In this document: one piece after another, positions 52,944-64,000 of the stretch
How the letters are laid out: the number at the start of each line of letters is the position of its first letter
Numbering within the stretch: position 1 is the stretch's first letter
NCBI GenBank assembly: GCA_002633005.1
Contig: NMRA01000326.1
Coordinates: 214,680-278,679 of the forward strand
Origin: Phoronis australis
Lineage: Eukaryota; Animalia; Phoronida
Length of the DNA stretch: 64,000 bases
Direction of reading: 5' to 3'
The notes under the pieces: model-generated
Told to the model about the DNA's origin: nothing
The model's input: the letters and a program-made list of their open reading frames with translations, nothing else
The model's database searches: none
Translations under genes and position numbers: made by a program

Positions 52944-55156
52944 ACAAGTAATAGATAGAGAATACAAAAGAAGTTAACTGAAAAAAGATGATTTCTGGTA
53001 AGCTGTACAATAAAAGCGCCTGCCATATGGAAGTACAAGAAAATGCCAAAATGGGGGATGGTAGGGGGTGGGAAAAATGGATGAGTTTTAGGACGCGCTT
53101 CAATGTGGTCGTCACAAAAAAGATGAACTGAAACACGAGATTAGATAACAAAGAGAATACCTAAAGACACGTGTCAATCATCAGCCTATGAAAGCCAAGG
53201 GCTGACCAAAGTTTAAAAGAGGAAAAAAGGAAGGGGGATTGGGGAAACATGTTCACGTGTTTTCTTAACGTCAGATATCATGGGATTTCACTGTTTTCCT
53301 TAATCATAAAATATGACTGTATTCCACTTAGATTTCCTTCGGGAGTGCTTCGTACTTAGCCCATACGGATGACGATTACGTATTCTCAAGAGAAAACTTG
53401 CTGGGCTGTAACATACTGAAACTTCACAAACGAGAAGCAACGCAACGAAACATTCGCTAATCTAAAAATGCTACTACATAGCATGCACTAACAGTTGAAA
53501 TGAGTTGACTCCATAAGCACGTTTTTTGGTGAATGAAGGGAAATCAACATCGGTCAACACACGTGATGTTCATTTCCCTATGTATCGAATTGACGAGCAT
53601 ACCAGCGGGATGAAACACTTATTTTGTAATTAAAGTTCTAATTGAATAAGTTAATAAGCGGGTTTAAGTTTGTTAATGTCGGGAAAGGGCGTAAAGCGTC
53701 TATAAACACCAATACTTAAAAAATATTTTGTACTTGTAAAATTGGTTGCAAATTGTTACTCAAGCAAATTAGACGTGATAACAATGGTCACTTTCTCATG
53801 GTCAGAATAACGAAATGCCAGGTCTTTGCAAGTCTAGATATCATCTTCAGCGTTAATATAAGTAGAGACCAGTTTCGTAGCCGTAAATGGTATGGTTCAA
53901 AATGAAAGCTCGCTTTTTGAACTCTCAAAAGCGGGCTTATAGCCGCTTAAAGCGTAAATCAGCAAAATGGTTTTCATCCATCTTATGTTAATTTTATTGA
54001 TTTAAACACTTCCGGTGCTGTAATGTTAAAACAAATCGATGACAATGTATTATATTAGCAACATGAGTAACGGATAGAGAACCAATAGCGAGTGGAAATA
54101 CACATTCACTACATGAGTACAAGGGCATATCAAAGTTTAATTGGGTTTTACATCACATGTGTGGTGACAGTTTTTAATCAACGTGAAATCAAGTACAAAA
54201 GGAAATGAGTGGACATGATAGCAAATCGTAATTAGATTTCAACTGATGACGATGGAATAGGAAATTGTTGTAAAATATTTGTTCGTTTGTTGGTTTACGT
54301 TTGTGAGAACGAAGCGGACCGTACATATATGCTAATAGGCCCTAACACTAAATCTTTCAATTCTCTTTTTATTTGCATTCTTTTGTATTCATAGTGAATA
54401 GCTCTCAGTGCAACATTCAACGACTCATTTGCCCTCTAGTTCATTATACGACAGCAGATATGTAAAATAATTGATGCGTATAGTATTAAATGCAAAAGGT
54501 TAAAATAAAGAAACAAGCAATTGCGCGCTTACAATCTTGGTAGATTTCTGAATAGAATTTGACTGAATGTGATTTTTTAACAAATAAATCCCAGTTTCAA
54601 CGTATCTCTATAGAGAGACATAATTGGCCACAATGAAGCATTTGCGAGGCTAGTGTGTTTTGAAGGTTCCGCCTCACGAGCAAGCTCAGTTTGCCCAACA
54701 ATCATTCATTCCCTCGCCGACAGGGGTCACGCAATCGGTTTCGCGTAATCTAAAATACACTTCCTGTGTATGGATACAGTGTTATTCGGAAAGTTACCGA
54801 ACTGACTAAACTGTTGTTGTTCATTGTCACATTTTCAAATGGCTGTAAAGAAAACATAAAACACATTTGTCATTTATGTAGTGTTGACAATCTGACAAGA
54901 TGCATCGCGTAGCATCTTCAACTCATTGCGTCCAAGTAGACGAAACAAAACCTTGCAATTGAGGTTTTCGACGAAAAAGTGAAAAACATCAGCACCGGGA
55001 ATCTTCGCGGTCGAAGCAAAATCGTTTCAGCAGGTGCAGGGTAAGCTCCGATCTCACTTCAAAAATTGCAGAGTAAATTAAACGTATTTATCAGGTAAAG
55101 TTAACCGCGAAGGTGATAATTGTCGAATTCTAATATGCATATAATAACAAAAGCGA

Positions 55157-55884
55157 TTGTATTTTCTCACTTGACCTGGAATGTGTTACGGACACGACTG
55201 GTTAATAACACCGAGTACGTAATTTTTTGATATTACATGGGAAAATCACAAAGAAGCGCAAAGTAGAAATCCATACGCCTTAAATTCTATCGTCTGCAAA
55301 ACACTAAAACGTCAACCAAACGTGCGCCCACAAACAATGCCGGAAGGTGACAAGGTTATTATTGACTAATCGGGTGTCGCAGCTGGACAAGCAAACAACT
55401 TTTTAAACGGACCCATCTTCGACAACGAATTCCATATCCACGTTCATTCAAACGGAGACGAGCCCCAACTCGAGGAACGCGGCGAGACTGTCTAGCAGTG
55501 CTGTCTAAAGGTCTACTCAGTGCTCACGTACGGGCGAGAAAGCCTTGCTGACTGTTATTCATCGACATTTTGTAACTTTTGATATTACTTCAAAGACTAT
55601 TCATTAGATTCTTACTTGAATATTTGCCACGAAAGCTGAATACAATTTACAGTTGTTAAACTTAAAATAAAACTATTAACAAAAAGTAACCGAATTACTT
55701 TACATTGCGCAAGCGTGTTTTTACAAAGTTGCGTCATGTGGTTGAAAGTTTTAGACAAGTCGAGTTTTTCGACAAAAAGATCGTTTTTTCGGTTCATGTG
55801 AGAAAAGAAATTCTACAAACCTCGGGATTTTGAAGAAGTTTCCTAGAGGTTTTGCCCATGTCATAAACCTGAGACTCGTGTACA
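55157..55884 (+). mobile_element. hairpin-ended element family Y, copy b
   Basis: Collinear inverted homologue of 52220-52943; one hairpin arm partly deleted; residual frame NFLNGPIFDNEFHIHVH. Confidence 0.7.
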
Positions 55885-56199
55885 GGCCAAAGCTTGTTGC
55901 TCGAAAAATAAAAAAATGCCCCACCCAACGATAGTCCCGAAAATTTGACAATGGCCTTTTAATAACTGGATCAACTATTTGATCGTACTGAACGTAGACA
56001 ACAACAAGACGCATAGATTCAACACTATTCATGCCGGATCTGATGGTTTGTCATTTGTTGTTGTTCAGTACTTGGTCAGTTAAACACAGTTAGGGTATCC
56101 ATAAAATGGAGAATACCTTTTATACAACAAGACCAATCCAAATGATGACAGGACAGTAATCTCCATCTTCTCCCCTCAAAGCCATACGACTAGATTTAA

Positions 56200-57695
56200 A
56201 AGCGAAGGAAACCTTTTTTCATGTCATTTTTAGCAAAAATAAGGTTCTTTGGTTATCCCAGACATATTTTGCACTTAATTACACCTTTTCGAAATTTGAT
56301 TAATTACTCGTGCTCTACTCCGGAAGTGACGTTTTGGGAGGCAAGAATTTCGCGTCAATTTCTTTTCATATAGAGAGCTGTGAGAGCTGTCGAGACAGTC
56401 ATTGTTCTACCTCGGTTGTAGTAAGTTCGGTCTCGTTTGCTTTTGTTTACAAAGTCAGACAACATGCCACACTGTTGCTGCGTACCGGGATGTACTCATT
56501 ATCGTCTCACGCGCGCTTTGGGAATACCAGGCTTTGCATTGCTTTCCAAAGATGACACACTTCGCCGAACTTGGCTTGCTCGTGTGAATAACGCAGCGTT
56601 ACCCGTCAACGCAACGTTCAACGCAGTGGAGGGTTACCGAGTGTGTGGCAAGCATTTTCTGCCGTCAGATTACGAGAGGGATATGTACGCTGAATTGATA
56701 AAGGTCCCTGCGAAACAACGCCTGAAGAAGGGTGCGATACCGTAGCTGTTGATTACCGGCAGTGCTCCGTCGCCACCCCCGCGAAGTACGTTTTTGAAGC
56801 GAGAAGGCTCGCCATCTATGGCCACTACAGTGACTGGAGGCACTTCATCTACTGTCACCCGTGCCTCCTAAGGTACTGAGCGTGCAATTCTGGGAACTAG
56901 CATTGATTCGCCCTGTGCTGTTGTTTCTAACACAGAGCCTGTGAGCAGCCCTGCAGCGATGTTGAGTTGTGGGAGTGAATACAGGCCCAGTTCGACACCA
57001 GTGAAGAGGACAGTTCGTCGTCCAACGAACAGATTCGTGAGCCAAACTTTATTGTGGTCTTGTCTAAAGTATTGGAGCTATTTAGAAAGTGCCAAGTGTT
57101 TGGCGAGGGAGTAACACTGCGGGATGTAAGCATTTTGGGTGCTCAGGTCACCATCCAGTGGGAGTGTGTTGCTGGACACTGGGGCAAGTGGGACAGTTAT
57201 GCCTGTGCATACTCTGCCTCATTATACTCGGGCTCAAACATACAAAGTATACCCACCCACTGACTGTCCGTGAAAAAATTCCTCGTCACCACTGCTGTAT
57301 GAACAATGTCTCCGTTACTCACATCACTACTGTCAATGTGATATAGGTCGCCGATTCCAGTCATTTTCAGATTAATACAAACTAAAGAATCCCTAAATCC
57401 AACGTATTTGGGTTCTCTAACAAGCTAGTTTGTCGTAGAAAACTCGTCCATGGGAAGTGTTGACGACAATTTCAGAAAAACAGCCTGAAAACAAATATAG
57501 TACTGATCCTCACACTAAACTCAACGCAGAGCCAAATTGGCGCGAAATTCTTGCCTTCCAAAACGTCATTTCCGGAGTAGAGGACGAGTAATTAATTAAA
57601 TTACGAAAAATTACAATTTAGTGTAAAATATGTCTTGGGTAACCAATGAACCTTATTTTTGCTAAAAACGACATGAAAAAGGGTTGCCTTCGCCT
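56200..57695 (+). mobile_element. Kolobok family 2 (non-autonomous, ~160-bp TIRs)
   Basis: TTAA|AAGCGAAGGAAACC ... GGTTGCCTTCGCCT|TTAA; THAP from 56464 (MPHCCCVPGC..W..RVCGKHF..LKKGAIP); FIVVLSKVLELFRKC...CVAGHWGKWDS; minus-strand MFEPEYNEAE near 57210-57241. Confidence 0.9.
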
Positions 57696-58327
57696 TTAAC
57701 ACCCTTGTAGTCTTTCTTCGAATACCACGTGACTTCCTCATGTCAAAAAGTAGCCGTTGTGCATTCCAGCACTCAAGAAAATCACTCATTGCCAAATCTT
57801 GACAAAAAAGAGGAAACCCCCCAAATAACAGGAAACGTGAGAAAAGGTAGAAAAACTGTTGGAAGGCCAGTGTGACAAAATAAGAAAACCACTTGATATG
57901 ATACAACGGGGGCGTAATTTAAATGGTACAGCCGTAACAGCACAAGAGGACAACGCGTCACTTGTGAAACAGCAGAAACGCGTCACAAATATTAAATGGA
58001 ATCGAACAGTAATGTGTAGGTTAAACTTTGCGAAATATCCGCTTGCGAAATCAGTTTTATGGATTTCTGTTTAACGTAATATCCGAAGGTCTCTTTCACG
58101 GACTCATTGACAAACACTTAACCTACCTCATTTTGTAATTATGTGCCTGAACGATAACTTGTTTGCTTAAGTTGTGTGCACAAACTAAAAGCGCCATTTT
58201 AAGTTTTGTAAGAAATTTAATGACTATTGCAAAATATTTGATTGCAAGTGAGCAATACAACGGATTCCCTGAAGCACTTTAATGCAAACCTGCTGTAAAC
58301 TACCATCGGCCAAATAGGTGAACAGTA

Positions 58328-59670
58328 CACAGTTAAAATTACGTGAGTAAGTACATTCTTGCTAGAGGCGTAAAGTAATTATTTGCCGCGTACAGTAATT
58401 ATTTGTGATGTAAAGTAATTATTCGAGACGTAAAGTAATTGTTTACCGCGCAATATACGCGGCGTAAAGTAGTTTTTTTTGCGGTTTAAAATAATTAGTT
58501 GTGACGTTTAGTAATTATTTATTGCTTAAAGTAATGAATTGTGGCGTAAAGTAAGTTTTAGCACCACAGATAATTACCTCACACCGTAATGTAATAATTA
58601 CTTAACGCCGTAAAGTAATTCTTAACTCATCCAAAAACTCGCTCAAGTCTGCTTTACAATCGACGCATCCGCTCTACATTGAGGGAGCACATTTTTCACT
58701 TGGGTTTGTCTACCAGAATACATGCCAATGTCAAAAAAGGTGTGCAAAAAGGAAGTGTTTGAGTCATTTCACATCACAAGCCCTACATATGAGCATAGAA
58801 ACTATATTCCTTCGTGTATTTTTGACCTTTTTACTCTTACTGAAAAGCAAAATAGACTAAGAAAAACGGAGCAAAAATACAAAATAGGCACTTTTCACCT
58901 CAAAATCACCACTTTGCTGTCGATGCACGACTAAAGTCAATAATACATTCTGAAAGCAAATTTCCTACCGACTGCAAAATAGGGTCCAAAAGTACTGTCA
59001 ATCAACTAGTTTTTTTGCAGATCTGCCTTGTTCGAGGGCTATCTGAAATCGTAGTCAATTTTGTTTTCGCTACCCAACAATGCACAAGTGCCACAGGATG
59101 CTGCCATCTTGAAGAAGAATGAAGCTACAGCCCCCCAAGTGGTCGTTTTTCATTCGCATTATGTTCACAAATACAAACGAACCACATCCACTGAGAATTC
59201 ATGCAGTGTCTACCAAATAAGGCCCCCAAGCCAGGACCACCCCAAGATTTTAACATTTTGGGAACGCAAATTGGCCGCGTCAGCAGTCTTAATTGTTCAG
59301 GGTCACCTGGCTATCGAAAACAAAAACATGGCAAAGGCAGAGGGCATCCATAATGGTACAAATTGTGACACATTTTTATCTGTATGATGATTGGCCGAGT
59401 TTAGAAATACTTTGGGGCCTAAAGTAATTAATACTTTATGCCGTCAACAATTACTTTACGCCGCAAATAATTGTTTTAGGTCACTCTACGCTGCCAATAA
59501 TTACTTTACACAGCAAACATTTACTTTACGCCTTAAAAAGTTACTTTACGCCGCAAATAATTACTTTACACCGCATATATTTACTTTACGGCGTAAAAAG
59601 TTACTTTACGTTCCAAATACTTACTTTACACATGTAATAAGAGTCAACTTAGGCACGTAATTTAACGGCG
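58328..59670. mobile_element. foldback-type element with inverted arrays of a 20-bp repeat, TA flanks
   Basis: TA|CACAGTTAAAATTACGTG ... CACGTAATTTAACGGCG|TA; (GCGGCGTAAAGTAATTATTT)n at 58365-58560 and its reverse complement at 59430-59630. Confidence 0.75.
58626..59399. mobile_element. possible piggyBac-like MITE nested in the foldback element
   Basis: TTAA|CTCATCCAA ... TTGGCCGAG|TTTA; short imperfect TIR only. Confidence 0.3.
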
Positions 59671-59760
59671 TATGGTTAACTCATTTTTACCGGGCCAACA
59701 GACATACACGTGACTAATGTGTGTCGGTAGCTCGCCGTATCAAACGTTGTAGGTCAAACA

Positions 59761-59999
59761 ATGTCGAAAGGAGTCAAGACATCTGGCGGCGTCTGGGCGA
59801 CCAACGTGTTCAACAGTGGGCAACATGACAACACGCTGTACCGTCAACATGTGGAAGCAAAACAAGATATCACGGCGGATATTGATCAGCCAAACACAGG
59901 GCTGTCTATTGTTAAAGACGGAATACAAAAGTACGCAGAAGACAGTTCGCTACACGGTGTGCAGTATTTTGGGGGAGCAAAATATAACCCAGTACGAAG
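59761..59999 (+). CDS. DEG/ENaC gene C exon 1 (N-terminus with HG motif)
   Basis: MSKGVK...KYAEDSSLHGVQYFGGAKYNPVRR; donor AG|GTATGT, phase 2, homologous to gene B exon 1 end. Confidence 0.88.
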
Positions 60000-61479
60000 G
60001 TATGTCAACCTACCGACCGGAAGTTGAAGGCATAATAAATTTAGCATGCCATCACATGATGGCTGATGACCGGATGTGCGCAATAAAGTAGTCACTTTTG
60101 AAACAGGGAGGCCTCGACGGAAGTCCACACAACTATTATTTGTTATTACAAACTGTAGGACATTTAATTTCAGAGTACTTACACATCTGAAACCCGTTTT
60201 TCAAAAGGTAGCATGTCTGCTAGTAGCCCACGGTTGTAACTTCGATTTTGATTTGTACACAGATCGTTAACATGGCTTGGTCGAGAAGGCGGGCGTTGAG
60301 ACTGGATACATTTGCTTTGTTAAGACGGACACGTACATGTACACTAAAGCGCAAGTTACCCCCGTTACAACGTGCGCCAGTTTAAGTGACTAGCAGACTA
60401 GCTTATACATGTAGATAAAATTTAAACTACACCGAGGTTGCTCAACATTTTGCGCAATCTACCTACCTCACTTCAAGGGCATATGTGGATAGCAAACTGA
60501 GAGATAATTGTTTATATCTAGTTTCTTGCAAACCAAGCAAGGTATCGCAAAATCACACAGCTGAAAATGTGCGTTTCGCGAGTATACCTGAAGCTCAGTC
60601 TATCCCAACATTAAACCTAGACGCAAGATTTAAATGAGTATTTTTGTCTTGTGCTCCATACAACAATTTACAAGCGCATTTTTTCGTGCCATTTCAGACA
60701 AGTACGTAGTGTTTCAACACTTTCCTGGTCTTGTTAATGGGATAATTCCTTGTACAAGTTATCTCTATTCTGTACAGCATGCCAAGCAATTATGTGGCAG
60801 AAGCGTTACTCAGTTAACGCGGAGTGGAAATGAATGACACTATTTCTGGCCTAAACTACTAAAACTGCTACGACGAGCAAAATTAAAGTTTTGCCATTTG
60901 GTAAAATACTGACGGCATTTTAAATACAATTTAACACTGATTAAAGTTTAGTTAAGCCATTTCCAAAACACAAGGAAAATTCTTCACGTGACCTTTTACT
61001 ACGTCACATGCAGACAATGTTTCAGCTGGTAAAGGGTTACTATAACAATGGTTCTTCGCTAGAAGACGGCGATCCCTCTGAATGCCGTCAATCGGGTCTG
61101 TGTTTTTTTGTTATTAGAACCTTTCAAAAAGTAGATGTTTCATCCACATACGGTGAATAATCATCCAAAACGTTCTCACTCCCGCTGTCAGATTCTTTCT
61201 AACACTGAGAAAATAATGAAGTATTGGCGGAATAAATCTCTTTTATTCCATCCTCTTGTTTACGTTACAAAACTACGTTTGAAAATCTATCTGATCAATA
61301 TACCGCCGGATTATTTATGATATAGTTTCACTCACCAGTTTAAGTTATTGTTAACGATCACTAGTGAAGAGTGTGCAAGTAGGACTTGAAGTCTTTTAAG
61401 ACTTAGAAGTCGTTATCCACAAGACGATCCCCATATGTAAGGATGATGTATAGCATTGTAGTAAAACTGCATATTTCAG

Positions 61480-62032
61480 ATTAATATGGTTCCTGATGTT
61501 TGTTGGAAGTTTCACATTCCTCGTTATCAATGTAAGTGACGCTTATCAAACTCTAATGAGGAAACCCGTGCAGACAAAGCTAAGTGTCGAATACACGAAA
61601 ACTGCCAGATTTCCGACAGTTACCCTCTGCAACTTCAACAAATTCCGCGGCATCTATGTATGGACACAACCTGCCTTGATGGAAATTCTGCGCTACCTTT
61701 ATCCGTTATCGGAAGAGGATCGAAAGTTGCAGCTTAACTGGGAGGACCCTAAATATGCTCCTTTCATAAACGGTTCGACCTATTTGGATTTCGCCAAAAT
61801 AGCCGGCCACCAGCTTCGTGATTCAATTTACTTTGCTAGGTTCAAAGGCATGAATCTTGACATTCAGAAGGAATTCAAGCAGGTCGTCACGGATTTTGGG
61901 CTTTGTTTTCAATTCAATTCGAACGGCACGTGGAACACATCCCGGAGCGGCACTAACAATGGTCTGTGGATTCAAATGAATGCTGAGCATTATATGTACT
62001 TTTATGGAGACTCTAACTCGGCCGGGTTTAAG
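61480..62032 (+). CDS. DEG/ENaC gene C exon 2; gene continues beyond the window
   Basis: atttcAG|; LIWFLMFVGSFTFLVINV (TM1), KPVQTK, FPTVTLCNFN, FGLCFQFN, SAGFK|GTGAGT; same boundaries as gene B exon 2. Confidence 0.95.
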
Positions 62033-62284
62033 GTGAGTAATGGCAGATTAGTTACGGTCTTACACACACCTAGTTTGGTGAAGGTGAAATTACAAACTGT
62101 AGTGCGGAATCGAGTATGTGGCAATGGACCTTTCCCTTAAACTACTCACCATGTTTGTGTTTATGTGCGCGCGTGCGCGTGTGTTCGCGTGCGTGTGACT
62201 GTGTATGTGCCAACAATACCCGGTTTTAAAGATTACGGAAATAACCGAATCTTAGGGAGCGCCACAATGTAGTCACGTGATCAA

Positions 62285-63037
62285 GGGAGAATGTCACCAA
62301 AAACAACGTATTTTGTTTCAATTTAGATCGAGTAGGTCCACTCGATAATAGCAAGTTTGGTTCTTTTACCTGACACCAGACGGCAGACGAGGTGCTGAAA
62401 ATAGCGAATGACGTCACAAGTTCTACCAGAGTCTGTTCAGCAGTTCACAACAGGCTTACCCTGGGGTCAGCTTATCGCTTTACTTCATCACTTTACACCA
62501 ATAAGTCATCAAAATTGGATGCCAAATCTTTACAAAAAATTCAGTTTTTAAACAAACGAGTTTTTTATTTCGTTGTTACTGATTTATAGAAAGTTTGAAC
62601 GTACCGTAGCATACGAAGTCAGGCGTGGGAAGTTTGGATCTGTTCGGTGATAAATTAGAATTATTCTTCAGTGAAATACAGGTAGGAGAGCATAGCCGTG
62701 TGTCCTAATTTTACACTTGCCACTTGTTCCAGTTCTAAACACAAAAAACGCTTGTTGTAACCCACTGGCTCGGAACCTGATTGAGCACGTCATCGGCAGC
62801 CAGAGTGGAGACATCACGAACATAGACCAGCGGGGTTAGTCGGCTACCAAAATTGAAAATTGAACTTCCAGTCACTAAAATACTACACTAGTGAACCAAA
62901 GAAATTACGCGCACGTGAATACAAAAAAACGCCGCAAAATTGCAAATCTACTTACTCGTCGGGGGCCGCGAAGCCAGGTTCCCCTTCCAAAGAACCGTGT
63001 AGGACAAAGTTGTACAATGACAATGATTCGAATAATG

Positions 63038-63095
<58 letters not shown>

Positions 63096-63715
63096 ATTAA
63101 ATAAAGATTCCCTAACGTCTGACCATAGAATATAAAATCGAGTTATTGTTTCACAACAGCTTTCTGTCAGCAAACACTTAATTTGTATGCGCTCACACGA
63201 CATTGGATGCTCGGCCAAATAATATTGTCAAAGTTATTCCATCTGAAGCCGGTAACGCAGTATGATTTACATGTTTTTATTGTTGGTTTCTCAAAACATT
63301 TACACCCACCAACACTCCAAAGGCATTGCAAATTGTATGCACTGAGACAGTCTTTCGAGACACTTTGTTTCAGTTTTACTAAACATTGATTAGGGTGAGA
63401 ATAACTCATTTTAAATCAAAACAATGCCGGACACAGACACGGAGATATTTCACGGCCTCATACTTGGTATGAACGGCGTGCCTTTTATTCTTTACTTCCT
63501 CGAACTGACTACTTCCGAAGCATTTCGGCTTCGCGACACACACTCAGCTGAAGAATCACGGACTCCGCCGCGTCGTGTACATGTACTCACCTTCCTGACA
63601 GGTTAACGTGACACCTCTCCGCGAGGTGAGATCGACCGCATGCAGTGCGAGGTGATGTGGATATAGACCGATTAAGACGGTAACAAAAATGAAATTAATC
63701 GGGTGGCATTCTCCT
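62285..63715 (-). mobile_element. Kolobok family 1, copy 3, in gene C intron 2
   Basis: TCAA|GGGAGAATGTCACC ... GGGTGGCATTCTCCT|TCAA; collinear with copies 1 and 2; KolX stub and part of THAP deleted. Confidence 0.88.
63041..63092. repeat. (AC)n microsatellite within Kolobok copy 3
   Basis: 26 AC units. Confidence 0.95.
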
Positions 63716-64000
63716 TCAATTCGCTATTTTTCATGTCACATAAAAGAGATAATTTGGTCTGTTTAGATAAGCAACCCAACTCAAATTTTGTGTATGTTTA
63801 CCTTGTACTCTGGATAGAAGACGAGCTTCAAAACACCTCATCGAACAATATTTTACATCTGCATTAATGTTTCTAGTAAATGCTAATTTCATGGTTATAA
63901 CTTCTGACAGATCGCAGTATACACAGTAGGTAGCAGTTATCACTCACGGCCAATATTGCATCAGATGACCAGGTTATGTGTAGAAACCTATGAAAGCATT

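Noticed and set aside
53330-53420. SYLAHTDDDYVFSRENLL resembling the gene B exon 6/7 junction (SYLA...RQNL), i.e. a processed DEG/ENaC fragment
   Set aside because: Only about 7 matching residues, spacing differs and no flanking channel motifs; compatible with chance
62033-62140. C-terminal extension of the 214-aa ORF 61496-62140
   Set aside because: Read-through past the GTGAGT donor at 62033; homology with gene B ends at GFK
62860-63218. Overlapping His/Thr and Cys/Val ORFs
   Set aside because: Translations of the (AC)n microsatellite

Overview
Eukaryotic, AT-rich invertebrate-type genomic DNA (species not determinable from sequence). The only host genes are a tandem, same-strand (+) cluster of at least three DEG/ENaC (ASIC-like) channel genes: gene A (last exon only, 1423-1559), gene B (complete, 8 coding exons, 5767-17827, 494 aa by my splicing) and gene C (exons 1-2, 59761-62032, continues beyond the window). 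B and C both lack one otherwise conserved extracellular disulfide, and A and B share an unusual pore motif (GGNSGLCIGAS). Introns and the ~42 kb B-C spacer are filled with nested non-autonomous transposons: two Kolobok families retaining convergent THAP-transposase and KolX stubs, a 12.3 kb Harbinger-like element containing a 7 kb MULE/Foldback-like element, hAT-type MITEs, hairpin-ended Crypton/Helentron-like elements in inverted pairs, an LTR+PBS fragment, a Polinton-type pPolB remnant, and SINE/LINE fragments. The most unusual structure is a ~170-bp tandem array (27.9-29.3 kb) in which each unit carries an 18+7+18 bp palindrome whose asymmetric 7-bp core flips orientation between units. All assignments are by eye; no database search was run.
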